Assembly: GCF_009914755.1 (NCBI RefSeq) | Contig: NC_060928.1 | Origin: the human T2T-CHM13v2.0 reference genome, Homo sapiens | DNA length: 64,000 nt | Reading direction: 5' to 3' (one strand) | Made by a program: the position numbers and the translations under genes | Shown: positions 13,187 through 27,489 of the stretch, one piece after another | Numbering within the stretch: position 1 is the stretch's first letter | Layout of the letters: each line of letters begins with the position of its first letter | The notes under the pieces: generated by a model | Told to the model about the DNA's origin: nothing | Seen by the model: the letters and a program-made list of their open reading frames with translations, nothing else | The model's database searches: none

Positions 13187-14991
13187 GGAGTTATGTCCCA
13201 GGATCTTCCTCATTCTCTGGCTTCTCTTGGGGGTACTATGTCTATCTCTGTGATCACTGGGTTCAACATGCTTAGAGAGATCCAATCCCTTTGGGAATTG
13301 AGAGAGCAAATTTCATAAGGTTTCCTGGATGGCTCAAAAGCTAAATCATGCTTCCAAGTACAGCCCTTCTTTGGTCACTTAGGTCCTTCTCCACACTCAC
13401 CTTTCGTTCGACCTTTGTTCCTTTCTCATGCCTTTGACATGGCTTCTGCTTTCTCTGTGAAAGCAGAGGGGGTATGTTCTTCTCTTGCCCATTTTATTGG
13501 ACTTAGGATATTCTTGTGGGCTTTATTCCTCTCCCATGTACCTCCGATGAAGCATCTCCATGCTTGTATTGCCCTCTCCCTTCTTAATTTCTTCTTTCTT
13601 GGGCTCCATATCTTTCCTTCTGTTTCATCAGCTCCACCTGTCACTGCATCCATCAGCTCCCTCAATGCTCTCTTCTTACAGTCATGCAATCCCCTTTAAT
13701 GTCAACATCTAGTTGCTAGTACTTCCACTGTAGAATATTAAGTTGCGTTGTAGTCCTTTTAAAACACCATTGATAGTTTTACAATATAATATACACTTGC
13801 CTTTAAAAATCAATGTTCATATATTTTATCTATCTTCAAAAAATACTTTACAAATTCCCATTTATATTTGGCCATATGTAGTTGTGATGTTTTTTCTAGT
13901 CTAAGTTAGCTCCTCCTAATGCATCATTATTTTGGAAAGTGGGCAATTTATTACATTTTCTTTGGAAAAGGTCACACTAAGAGGAATCTCTTTGAAGTGG
14001 ATAGTCCGGGTTTTTGTTTTTGTTTTTTAAGTTATACAGGTTGTGAAATAATATCTGCTGAGTCTCAATAAAATTTTCTGAGATTAACTAATATTCTAAA
14101 TTAGTGTCTGGAGTGCTTTATATGTGGGTTGAAGAGAAGAGACCATTGAAATCTTGGTTGGTACAAGGATTTATGGATGTATAAGACACAGGGAGTTTAT
14201 CACTGCCGCTAGATCTGAGGTGGATGCTTTCGGAAGCAGGATTTCTGGCCAAAAGCTACATCACATACCCTGGCAAATATGCTTCCTTATTTTGTCTTCT
14301 GATTCTTCAGTCCAAATGAATCCAAATTAATTGCGTTTTTATTGATTTTATTCATTGGCTTAGCAGGGTCATCAGAAAGGGATCATTTTTGTCTTCATTT
14401 TGAGATGTGTCCCAAGGCCACTTGTAAAATCAAAGGCACCAGATTAGTGGTGTTCAAGATATCACTGTAAAGTCTTGAGTAGTAAACAGGGATTTAGGGA
14501 AAAGCTGCAGCTGGAGGAAAGGTATGCTCGCACTGCTGCTTCCTCCTTTAGGACAGTCTCAGATTGACATTGGCCTGGTTTAGCTTCTGATTCATTTTCT
14601 CCTCCTAAAAGATGTGTGAATAAATTTGATACCTCAAACTACCTAAGATGATTCAGACTTTCTCAGGCTTCCTATATTTTCTTTCTCTTATCCTTATTGG
14701 AACAAGTAATAGAAATGATAACAAGTAAAGGTTTTAAGACATGTTACATAGAGAGTTAATGAATATTAGATAAGGCATTGAGAGTAAAAGTAGGTAAGCT
14801 AAGAGGAAAAGACCAGAGAATGCCCGTAGCACTCCAAGGAAGGTGGGGTGAAGATCAGGCTGGTGAATGACTGGAGAGTAAAGTTCAAGATGGTAGCTGG
14901 GAGACAACAGAGGCCAGAGAAAGCTCCCCTTGTTGCTTTGAAGGAATGAAATGATGAAAACAAAAGGGAGCTTGCTCCCATGCTTGTAAAT

Positions 14992-14992
<1 letters not shown>

Positions 14993-15052
<60 letters not shown>

Positions 15053-15075
15053 AGAGACAGAGACAGAGAGAAAGA
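14993..15075. repeat. (AG)n microsatellite with degenerate tail
   Basis: Pure AG run 14993-15049, then agacag variants. Confidence 0.98.
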
Positions 15076-15324
15076 GGGAAAGCAAGCGCATCAGGATGTC
15101 AATGCCCAGAAAAAATGTGTCAGAATTTCAGAATTACAAGTATTTACCACCATCCCCCTTTTATTAAGTACACCAAGTAGGAACTGACACTTTTTTTCCC
15201 CTTTACTTCAAGTAAAGGTAGAAGGTGGAGAACAGTAAAAGGGTCAGCAAAGGTATTCAGAATAGTGTCATCTAACTCTGTGACCATTTAGCTAGCATCT
15301 CAGTTGTTACAGAGTCTGCCTTAC

Positions 15325-15965
15325 TATTGAGGTTGGCATCCTCAGGAGCAGATACTGAGATGAGGATTTGTGTGACTACTGGGAAATGGTCCCAGGGAGA
15401 ACTATTCAGGGGACTGGGAACTGAGCAGAAAGGAAGGAGGTTAAGCGAGAGTAGCAAGCCAAGTTCTACAGAAGGAATCCCTCAGGAGCCCTGTGAAGCC
15501 AACGTTGGTCATAACTCAGAATGGTCCAGTTAGGGACAACGGGGCTGCAGTATTCATATGTCTACAGCCATGGTTCTCAACCTGGCAGGATTCACCCTCC
15601 AGGGAACATTTGATGATATGTGGAAACGTTTTTGGTTGTCACACTAGGGGAAGTGTGATACCCCAGCGGGAGAAGTCAAGGACGCTGCTGAAAATTCTAC
15701 AAATCCTACAACACACTGGATAGTCTCCTCCTTCCCCAATAAATAACTATCTGTCCCCAAGTGTCAATAGTGCCGAGGTTGAGAAATCCTGGTTTACACA
15801 TCTGCCATTGGTTCAGGGGTACTGTCAGAATGTACACTCAGGGTCCCCTAAAATATTTCTGGTGGTTTGAGGGCAGCAGGTACTGGCTTTTGGGAGTGAA
15901 AATCCGCCTAATATCTGTGAGCATGGAAATGGTAAAGAAACCTGAGAGTGCATGGGGGAGCATTG
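15325..15965 (-). mobile_element. ERVL-type LTR remnant (LTR33/LTR16/LTR40 class), split by MER20
   Basis: 'tcctcaggagcagatactgagatgaggatttgtgtg...gggaaatggtcccagg' resembles antisense ERVL LTR ends; family uncertain. Confidence 0.5.
15568..15791 (+). mobile_element. MER20 hAT-Charlie MITE, full length
   Basis: 'tggttctcaacctgg...ggttgtcacac...gtcaatagtgccgaggttgagaaatcctg'; 8-bp flanks gtctacag/gtttacac. Confidence 0.9.
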
Positions 15966-16901
15966 ACAGAATCCTGCAATTCACTGACGCATTTACTTTG
16001 AAGCAACATCTGTCATTGCCAATCTCACAACCTTCTCAATCTCAACAGTTATCTGGGTTAATATCTATTGGAACTGCAAACACTTTCTTGATCTATTTTA
16101 TTCTGTGCCCAGAAAACCAAAAAACAAAGCAATCTCATTTGGTTGCATACATCACTTGCACTACCTCCCTCAATGCCACAGCGAAATGTTTTTTGACATT
16201 CTCTTTCTGACTTAAATAATGAGCTGCATTTTCACTCATCTTTTGCTCTGAGACCAGGCTAATATCTCCTAAAAGTATTCTAAATTTATACTCAGTGGCT
16301 TTCTAAGGTCATTTAAATTCCTAATGAAAAGTCACTCAAGGCCACAGTACAAAATAAATACATTGTTATTGATCATGCAATAAGGTATTAGGCTAATTTA
16401 ATAAGGCTTCTCCCTGAGATGTACTTAATTCACCAATATTGTCATTTCTCAGCCATCATGGATCCTGCTGGTTTTTCATGGCCTAGAAGTAGTCATCATC
16501 TCTACTCCATGTTGCCACCTGGATATTCCAGGATGCCTCATCTCTGTTAAACTTCTTCTCCCTGTCGGCAAAGTACAGTGACAGAATAAGGATTCATTAC
16601 TCTTGAAATGACCCTTTCCACAACATCCTCTTTTTATCTCCTTAATCAGCAAAGTGGTACTCTGAGGACTGGCAGGTTCACTGCCTAGAGACACATTTAT
16701 TACCAAGACACAAGCTGAATAATTGTGTATTTACCAACTTCAATTTAACCTCACAACTTGGCTGTCTTCACGACAAGGTGAGCAATAAGACAAAATTGCC
16801 CCTCTCCCTGTAGCTCATCAATAACTATTCCTTCTCAGCCAAAACTACTATTTTCATTGCCACCCTTGCATACACGAGTTGATGTACTTTATCATGTAGT
16901 T

Positions 16902-17020
16902 ATATATATGTGTGTGTATGTGTGTGTGTGTGTATATAGATATATACACACACATTTCTGGTGGTTTGAAGTCAGCAGGTACTGGCTGTTGGGATACACA
17001 CACACACACACACACACATA
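16902..17020. repeat. Compound (TA)/(TG)/(CA) microsatellite with a 41-bp unique insert
   Basis: TG run, CA run, insert at 16954-16994, CA run; lies inside the TSD of the adjacent Alu. Confidence 0.9.
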
Positions 17021-17536
<516 letters not shown>

Positions 17537-17549
17537 TGAAATATACACA

Positions 17550-18080
17550 AAAATTATAGTAAAAATCTGATACTAAAAATCATGTATGCTCAAAACCTAG
17601 CAATTCCTAAGGAAATAATGGAAGTGTGCAAAGACACAACTGTAAGTGCATTTATTGCACTATTACTTTCAAATGAAAAAAATTTTAAATAACCAAAATG
17701 TCCATTAGTATATAATCATAGCTCATCCAGTGAAATTGAATATATCTGTTAAAAGGATAAAGTAAACTTATTGATATTGACATGGAGAAGTGTCTATGAT
17801 ATATTAGAAAAGAGAGTTTTTAAAAATGAGATGGATTTATGTACCTTGACACAAAATGAGATCCACTATATATCATTAAAAGAAAAGAGCAAGTTGCAAA
17901 CTAATATGTACAGCATGTTCCTCTATTATAAATATATACATATATGTATCTATCTATATATATAGTGTGTATAACTATATCTGTACAAACACAGAAAATT
18001 TCTGTAAGATTTGACATGAAAACTTTTAAAAGGGGTTAATCAGACCTTAGAGTTGGAGGGCAGATTACAGGCAATTTTAT
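17550..18080 (+). mobile_element. L1ME-type 3' fragment
   Basis: 'cctagcaattcc...tttattgcactatt...aaataaccaaaatgtccattag...aaagagcaagttgcaa'. Confidence 0.65.
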
Positions 18081-18394
18081 TTTATTACGCTTTAGAAATA
18101 CATACATATACATAATGCCTAAGCCAAGTGGTGCATAAAAACAACTGTAATTATTTTTTAACAATACTTGCCAGCAGAAAATCAGATATCAAATACATAA
18201 ATTAACTGTGTAAATTGGGTTTTAATTGAAAAAATTTTAAATGTACATAAGTTGTCAAAATATGTTAGGAGGATGGATACAGGATTTAATAAATGTACTG
18301 AATTCTACAATTTCTTTTTTAAGAAATCTAGGCATCACTAGAATTTAGATGTGTTGTACTATTAAAGGAGACATTTGGTTTGCTTAGCATGATG

Positions 18395-18610
18395 AAATAA
18401 TGATAGCTAATGCCTACTCAGTGTTTAGTATGAGCTAGGTAGGCTCTGTTCTAGGTGCTATGTCAGACCAGCTAGGTCAGAGCAACCCTATGAAGTGGGT
18501 TCTATTTTATCCCCATTTTACAGCTGAGCAAACTGACACACAGTGAGGTTAACTTGCTGAATAAATAAGGAGAGTCAGGATTTGAATCTGAGCAGCCTGG
18601 TTTAAGTGTA
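18395..18610 (-). mobile_element. MIR SINE
   Basis: 'caaccctatgaagtggg...ccccattttacagctgagcaaactgacacacag...caggatttgaatc'. Confidence 0.85.
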
Positions 18611-19667
18611 AGTTTAAGTTTACCTGGATGATTCACTACATGATTGCAAAATCCAGAATATTTAAAGTAAAACTCAATGTGACAGGTCATCTAGCACCTG
18701 TGATGGCACCAAGACCAGATTGGAGCATCACTGCAAACCCTCCTGCTTCAGCCACCACTAGACAAGCAGAGCGAAAGCTTCAATTAGAAATTCAAAATGT
18801 CAAAAGACAATGTTTATATACGGTAAACACTATCACCTACTAATGCTTCAGACTTGGTTTTAGGAAAATCTGTCATTTTTTTTTTTTAATTTGACCAGAG
18901 TCTTTAGCAGCACAGAAGGTAATTAAGATTTAGAAAGATTGGAATAGAGCCTTCCAGTAAGTAGGAGGAGTTGAACCAGGAGAACTCTGGATATATCACC
19001 CTTAATCAGTATTCTTCTATGTTACCAGCAACCCTAGACTGATGGAGACTTTTTTTTTTTGTATGAATTCAGTTTAACATCAAAGTTCTAAAAGATGCAT
19101 AGAATTCTGTGGCCAGCCCTTCAGGCTTAAATGCTCTGATCAGAGACAAAGGAGGCGCCTTTCCTCTCATGGAGTCAGGAGAGGCACCACCATCTTTTTC
19201 TTTTTGGGAAGGGCAGCACAAACATACCTCTGAAAAGGCTTTTATACTTCCCTGCTGTGAAGAGAATTTTTGTAAGTCTAAAGCTTGTGGGGGCAGACTA
19301 CACAAAACACAATTTTTCTCCACACTTCTGTTCTAAGCTGCCAGGAAGACTTAATAAAAACCTGTAGGTGGTAATATGAACTGAATTGAAAAAGGAGCTG
19401 AAAGACAGTTTATCTCTGATTAACCATGTGATGGTCCTCAACATTCAGGAATATCACACTAGGGTTTATTTTGCACTTCAACCAACATGGGTATCTCTGA
19501 ATTTCATCTTTTGATGAATATAATTGATAAAATTTAGTGAAAGCAAAGAATGAGAAAGCCAACAAGGCTTCTTGTTGTTTAAGCCATCCCATTCTGTAGC
19601 ATTTGGTGCCTCCATATATACAGGTGCCTCCTGTAATTTGGTGCAAATTACAGAATAATTTGGTGCC

Positions 19668-20382
<715 letters not shown>

Positions 20383-20672
20383 GTGTCTTGATCATTTAGC
20401 CATATTTCTGTCTACTGAATACAGTTTTAACCAATATCTTCTTGTTTATGCTAAAAAGGTTTTATTTTGTGTTCCAATAGACCAATTGGAGAACCTGCCC
20501 TGTATTGGTAGTATCAATAGGACTATATATTTGTGACCCAGTATGGAAGGGTTTTAGATAGACAGTCATTATGACAATTGTTTATGACCTTGGCTCTCAT
20601 TGCATATATAACCTCCACTCATAAAGTGTACTTATCCTTCACCTGCACATTACTTTAAATATCTCAACTTAT

Positions 20673-21128
20673 ATTTTTTTCTTCTTTTAATTTTATTTTG
20701 ATTTGATTTTAGATTCAGGAGGTACATGTGCAGGTTTGTTACATGGATATAGTTTGTGGTGCTAAGGTTTGGGCTTCTATTGAACCCATCACCCAAATAG
20801 TGAACATAGCACACAATAGATATTTTTTCAACCTCTGCCCCATCCCTTTTTTCCCCATTTTTGGAGTCTGTAGTGTCTACTGTTCCCATCTCTGTTTGTG
20901 TGTACCCAATGTTTAGCTCCTACGTATAAGTGAGAATATGTGGTATTTGTTTTTCTGTTTTTGTGTTAATTTGCTTAGGATAATGGCCTTCAGCTGCATC
21001 TATGTGGCTGCAAAGGACATAATTTTATTCTTTTTTTATGGCTTTATAGTATTCCATCGTATATATGTATCACAATTTCTTTAACCCATTGTCAATGGGC
21101 ATCGAGGTTGATTCTATGTCTTTGCTAT
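20673..21128 (-). mobile_element. L1PA15/16-like 3' end
   Basis: 'ttttagattcaggaggtacatgtgcaggtttgttacatgg...aacccatcacccaaatagtgaacatag' with T-rich tail. Confidence 0.85.
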
Positions 21129-21249
21129 GCACATTCACAATTACATCTTAATTTTCAATCTTAAGTTTGTCTATAATTTGACATATGTGACTCACAGTTG
21201 TCTAGAAAACAGGGACTTGTTTTTGATAAAAACTTAGCAACACTGAAAA

Positions 21250-22580
21250 GCTGTTCTCAGAAGAAATTCATAGACTTAATTAATTTTATTAATAGAGAAT
21301 GAAAAACAAAGTAACTTTGTACTTGCAACATAAAGTAAAAACCAAAGTAAGTGGGGAGAAGATAAAAGATGAACCAAAAAACAAAACAAATGCACAAAAA
21401 CCAAGAAAAAAGAAACAAATTCAAAAACCTGATTGTTCTGAAAAGGCCAATGAAACTGATAAACATTTTTCAGAATGTTTAGGGATAAAAGAGGGTAAGT
21501 GGGCATTTACAATGTCATGAACAACAGAGGTGGCATGAATAGATATACAGAAGCATTTGAAAATGTTATAAGAGAGTACTACACTCAATTCTATGACAAT
21601 AGGTCCAAAAAGTGTAGATACTTCCTAACAAAATGCAAATCACAAAAACTGATTCAACAAGAAGTGGAACACTCTAATTGTCTGATCAATGTAGAAGGGT
21701 AAAGATCTATCATTGAAAAAAGTGCCAGAACAAGATGGGTTCTGGCTGAGTTATATCTGACTCTAATGAATAGATAAGACCTGTGTTATTTAACTTACTC
21801 GAAGCTATAGAAAATATTGATAAGCCCAATGAAATGTATTCTTTATAAAGCCATTTTTTAAAATACCAAAATCTGATATAAAGAATATGAAAGATGATTG
21901 TAGACTAATCTTCTGTAAAAATCTAGAAGATAAACTTCTAAATAAAATGTAAATAAGAATTTTGTGTTAATTTCTAGAGTGCAAGAATGGTTCAGTATGA
22001 GAAAAATCCAATATATATTACATTAATCCATAAAATAAGAGAAAATCTTATAGTGACAAAAATTTGATGCAATTAAGTACTGATTCTTAATAAAGACACT
22101 GATTAAAATAAGAATACTAGGAAACTACCTAAATATAACAAAGACTATTTACTTTTAAAAAGAAACTGTTATTCTAAACACTAAAACCACTTCAATTAAA
22201 ATTAGCAGCTATACAGAGAAATTGGCTATTACTCTTACACAATATAATCCTGGAGGGTAAAGGTAATGTGGTAAGAGAAAAATAATGAAATAGTTTATGT
22301 AAACAATAAAAATAGATTGAATTAATCTTTTTGTTAATATAATTGTAACCCAGAAAATCTAAGAAACTCTAGGAAAATTGCCTTCTTGAATTAATAAGAT
22401 AGTTTCATAAGTTGATTTGATATAAAATAGAATTACAAAAATCAATAGCTTTTCTCTATGCCAAAAATTAAAACCAAAAAGGAGAAATGAGAAAAATATT
22501 TTCTTCACAATAGTAACACAAACAAGAAAATATTGGGGGAATAAATTTAGCAAGTAGGGCCAGGATCTACATTAAATGGA
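21250..22580 (+). mobile_element. Old L1M ORF2 remnant
   Basis: A-rich; 'gagtactacactcaattctatgacaat' and 'tttctagagtgcaagaatggttcagtat' match degraded ORF2 motifs. Confidence 0.7.
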
Positions 22581-24204
22581 CCATAAAGAAATCATAGGAA
22601 CAGTAAGATGGCAGAATAGCAGCTTTCTATTATCATCCCTCCCAACCCGTTACAGAAGCATTGATTTTGAGAACTACTCATAGACAACAGTACCTTGATG
22701 GGACTCCAGGAACCTAGTGGATGAGTTCCAGCACTTTGTTAGAGCAAAAAATTTAAGAATAGGCACATCAAAGAGGGTAAGAAAATTTCATTTTACCCAT
22801 GTTGGTCCTCCCCCAGGCAGCACTGCTCAGTGCCAAGAGATAACCCCTCGAACCATGTTTTCTCCCATGGGGGAAAGTGAGAGTGTAGTAAGTGAGTGCC
22901 TGGTTCCCTCAGTTGTGTGGAATCTGGCACAGGAGGCCTATTTCTTTCCATCACACCTAGAATTCTGAGGTAGTTGGCACAGCTGAGTGGTTGAGAGAGG
23001 CCAGGAATAGAAAAGAGAGGTTACAGACTCTACTAACTGCTTTGTGGACTCCATTAGGAAGCCTGCCCATGAGCTGCTTGGGATACCTGGCCTGAAGACC
23101 CCTCCCAACTGGTCTGTGAGCATCACAAACACTCTGCACACCTCACCATTGCCCTTCTCAAAGTGGACTCCACGAGAGCAACCTGTGGACAGCAAGTACA
23201 AGCATCTTGCACAGAAAACTGGCTTGACACTGCAGGAGAAGGCACACAAACTTGAGGATTTAAGGCATCACCTTAGGTAAAATAAACAGGAGATGGTCAG
23301 CACCTGGCCTGGCTTTGCAAGATTGAGAAGCACACAATCTTAAGAATTCTCCTCACCTTCAAGATGGAAAAAGAGGTGTTGAATGAGTGCATCCATTGAA
23401 AGGGTTTGAGGGCCTCAGAATCTCTACCTGGGATAACTAGTGAAGGCATTTCTCTCCCAAAGCCAGTCAGTAAGGACTGTAGAAGGACTGCTTCTTCAAA
23501 TGTGAAAGCAGCAACACAAAGCATTAAGACCCATAAAAAATAAGAAAACATGACACCACCAAAGGAACATAATGATTTCCCTAAAGAAACAGAGACCTAT
23601 AAATTACCTAACAAAGAATTTATATTGTTCACCAACACACATTAAAATCAAACTGTCAAAAGTTAAGGACCAGGGGAGAATTTTGAAAGCAGCAAGAGAA
23701 AAAAGCTCATCCCATACAAGGAAACCCCTTGATAAGCCTTCATGAAGCTACCAGTGGATTTCTCACTAGAAGCAATCTACAAATTTCAGTGTAATCTCTA
23801 TCAAAATTTAAATGGTAATTTTCATAGAAGTAGAAAAAATAGTCCTAAAATTATTTCAGAACCACAAAAGACCCAAACTAGCTAAAGCAATCTTGAATAG
23901 AAGAACAAAACTGAAGATATCACATTTTCTCATATCAAGTTATATTATAAACCTATAGTAATCAAAATAATATGGTACTGGAATAAATATAGTTGTATAG
24001 AATAGAACAGAATAGAAAACTCAGAAAGAAACCAGTGCATTTATGGTCAACTAATCTTTGACAAAGGTGCCAAGAATGCACAATGGGGAAAGGATAGTCT
24101 CTTAAATGAATGGTGTTGGGAAAATTAGACATCTACACGTAGAAGAATAAAACTGGATCCTTATCTAACACCATCACAAAAATCAACTCAAAATGAATTA
24201 AATG

Positions 24205-24502
24205 GGCTGGGCATGGTGATTCACGCCTGTAATCCCAGCACTTTGGGAGGCCAATGCTGGTGGATTACCTGAGGTCAGGAGTTGGAGACCAGCCTGGCCA
24301 ACATGGTGAAACCCCATCTCTACTAAGAATACAAAAAAGTAGCCAGGTGTGGTGGCAGATGCCTGCAATCCCAGCTACACGGGAGGCTGAAGCAGGAGAA
24401 TCACTTCAACCTGCGAGGCAGAGGTTGCAATGAGCCGAGATCATGCCACTGCACTCCAGCCTGGTTAACAAGAGCAAAGCTCGGTCAAAAAAAAAAAAAA
24501 AA
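24205..24502 (+). mobile_element. AluS (Sq-like)
   Basis: Full Alu; 'aacaagagc' diagnostic; TSD gaattaaatg at 24195-24204 and 24503-24512. Confidence 0.95.
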
Positions 24503-25520
24503 GAATTAAATGTAAGGCATAAAACTATAAAATTTAAACATAGGGGAAAAAGTCCTTGAATTAGTTGTGGCGATGATTTTTTTTGGATATGACACCCAAA
24601 GCACAGACAACGAAAACAAAAATAAACAAATGGGACTACATCAAATTAAAAAGTTTCTGCACAGCAAAGGAAACAATTAGCAATATGAAAGGCAACCTAT
24701 GGAATGAGGTGAAATATTTGCAAACTACACATTTGATAAGGGGATAATATTCAAAATATATAAGGTATGCAAACAACTCAATAGCAGAAAAAATAATTTA
24801 AAAAATGATCAAAGGACCTGAATGGATGTTTCTCAAAATAAAATACAAATGGCCAACAGGTATATGAAAAAATACTTAACATCACCAATCATCAGGGAAT
24901 GCAAATTGAAACCACAATGAGATGTTACTATACACCTGTTAGGATGGCTATTATTAAAAAGACAAGAGATAAGTGTTGGTGAAGGTATGGAGAAAAAGAA
25001 ACCCTTATACATTGTTGATGGGAATATAAATTGTTATAGCCATTATGAAAAACAGAATAGAGATTGCCTAAAAAATTAAAAATAGAACTACCATATGACC
25101 CAGCAGTCCCATTCTGGGTATATATCCACAGAAAATGAAACCATCTGCACTCCCAAGTTCATGCAGCATTATCCACAATAGCCAAGATATTGACAGATTA
25201 ATGGATAAAGAAAATGTTTTACATATATATAATTCAGCCTTTAAAAAGAAGGAAATACTATCATTTGTCATATGGATGAACTGGGAATATGTTATACTAA
25301 GTGAAATAAGAAGCCAGGCACAGAAAGACAAATAACATGATCTCACTTACATGTGGAATCTAAAAAAGTCAAACCCATAGAAGCAGAGAGTAGAATGATG
25401 GTTGCTAGCAGGTAAGGGGGAGTAAATGGGAAGATGTTGGTCAAAGGATACAGACTTTCAGTTATAAGCTGAATAGATTCTGAAGAACTAATGTAGAGCA
25501 TAGTAACCTTAGTTAAGAAT

Positions 25521-26075
25521 GGGATCTAGAACTGGAAATACCATTTGACCCAGCCATCCCATTGCTGGGTATATACCCAAAGGACTATAAATCATGCTGC
25601 TATAAAGACGCATGCACACGTATGTTTATTGCGGCATTATTCACAATAGCAAAGACTTGGAACCAACCCAAATGTCCAACAATGATAGACTGGATTAAGA
25701 AAATGTGGCACATATACACCATGGAATACTATGCAGCCATAAAAAATGATGAGTTCATGTCCTTTGTAGGGACATGGATGAAATTGGAAAACATCATTCT
25801 CAGTAAACTATCGCAAGAACAAAAAACCAAACACTGCATATTCTCACTCATAGGTGGGAATTGAACAATGAGATCACATGGACACAGGAAGGGGAATATC
25901 ACACTCTGGGGACTGTTGTGGGGTGGGGGCAGTGGGGAGGGATAGCATTGGGAGATATACCTAATGCTAGATGACGAGTTAGTGGGTGCAGTGCACCAGC
26001 ATGGCACATGTATACATATGTAACTAACCTGCACAATGTGCACATGTACCCTAAAACTTACAGTATAAAAAAAAA
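25521..26075 (+). mobile_element. L1PA2-like young, 5'-truncated L1 (ORF2 C-terminus plus 3' UTR)
   Basis: Open frame ending ...SLIGGN* (ORF track 25562-25864); 3' UTR 'gatgacgagttagtgggtgcag' carries GAG, not the L1HS ACA/ACG; TSD aagaat at 25515-25520 and 26076-26081; TT|AAGA endonuclease site. Confidence 0.92.
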
Positions 26076-27214
26076 AAGAATAACGTATTGTATACTTGAA
26101 ATTTGCTGAGAGAATAGATCTTAAGTATTTTCACCACACACACACGTGTGTGCGCACACACACACGTAGCTATGTGAGGTGATGGATATGTTAATTAGGT
26201 TGATTGTGGAATCATTGCACAATGTGTATGTTTATCAAAACATCACATTTTAATGCCTTAAATATATACAATTTCTGTTTGTCACTTAAACATCAATAAA
26301 GCTGGAAAAAAGTATCAATTTCATCATAGACAAAATGATCAATGGAATAAAATAATGTAGACATAAACTACAAACATTTAATATTAAAAATAAATAAAAT
26401 ATATTCTTCTGGAATAAAATTGAGTTGAATCCTATCTTATGCCATATAAAATTCCTGATGGATTAGAGACATAATTATAAAACAAAATAATTAAAGTCCT
26501 TCAAAAAATCTAGGGGATGACAAAGTTTTCTCTGATAATGACTATTGGATTAATGACTTGGTCACAATGGCTCTTGAAATGTTATACCACTTTTTGGATA
26601 AGGATTCCTTTTTGTGTGTGTGTAAAGCTTTATCACCCAAACCATACCAAATAAATGGACTAAAATAAGTGATTTTTCAACATTATGGCTTCATGCAAAG
26701 ACACACCATTTACTCAACACAATAGTTTTCAGTCATAGAGTATCATATAATAAATTGGGATTGGGATGTTTGGGTGAACCCAAAATATTTGCTTTATACA
26801 CATCCGTCAAGTAGAAGGAATGAAGGGGTAGTGTTTTTTTTCTTAACATTTTTTCAATCTGCTGTGCACATGTACTATTTCCAAATTTTGAAATAGTACA
26901 AATAGTATTCCACTTTTGTTTTTATCTAAGGTTGATTTTCTGTGCAGTTTGAATGTAAGATAACCCTAAATCTCCCAAAAGGTTTAAACATTGGTGAATA
27001 AAATGGGAAAGAAGGAGGAAAAAGCACTCCAATACACATATACATTATATGCATTAGCTGTTTTTACATTCAAGTTGTTGTTTATTACTTACATATACTT
27101 GTTTTTATTGTTTAATTAGTGTATTTTTCTATCTGTGAAAATTATTTAGGTATCTTTTGAGTTGTGATGAAACACATCATAATTTTTCCTCTTAAAATTA
27201 GTGTAAATGTATTT

Positions 27215-27420
27215 TTATAGTATAAAAATACACAACTTCAAATCTATACTCTTAAAATTGAAAGTGTATAGCACAGTAGTGCTAACTATATGCATATTTT
27301 TGTATACTAGATCTCTCTAGAACTTTCTCATCTTGCATAACTGAAACTTTATCCCCATTTTCCTCTCCTCCCAGCCCCTGGAAACCACCATTTACTTACT
27401 GCCTCTATGAGTTGAGATAT
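27215..27420 (-). mobile_element. L1MA/MB 3' fragment
   Basis: 'agatctctctagaactttctcatcttgcataactgaaacttta...cccagcccctggaaaccaccatt'. Confidence 0.75.
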
Positions 27421-27489
27421 TTTTAATTTAATGATTTTTAATCTAATGATTGGATTTTAAAAAACAAATTGAGGTATTATCTCAATTTG

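Larger units (their letters stand above)
22595..26311 (+). mobile_element. L1MA (MA8-MA10-like) retaining 5' UTR and 3' end with internal deletions; hosts an Alu and an L1PA2
   Basis: 5' 'aagatggcagaatag'; ORF1 remnants at 23540-23770; ORF2 3' half from about 23772; 3' end 'aataaagctggaaaaaa'. Confidence 0.8.

Noticed and set aside
13415-13699. Overlapping 94-aa and 87-aa ORFs on opposite strands
   Set aside because: No recognisable domain or exon structure; length within chance range; may be an unrecognised old repeat
15761-16210. 149-aa ORF
   Set aside because: Non-ATG start inside MER20, runs through an LTR remnant, no recognisable homology
20644-21135. tgcacatt on both sides of the L1PA15/16 fragment, hinting at a TSD plus short transduction
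   Set aside because: Only 8 bp and no second A-tail; cannot be separated from a decayed tail or chance
25562-25864. ORF matching the L1 ORF2p C-terminus (also 43578, 44113 and 46173)
   Set aside because: Fragments of truncated L1 copies with no promoter or full ORF
26133-26167. Palindromic CA/TG run with Z-DNA or hairpin potential
   Set aside because: Short slippage product at a site where L1MA 3' UTRs commonly carry CA runs
26530-27480. Possible Tigger-like DNA transposon remnant
   Set aside because: Resemblance too weak to name or bound without an HMM search
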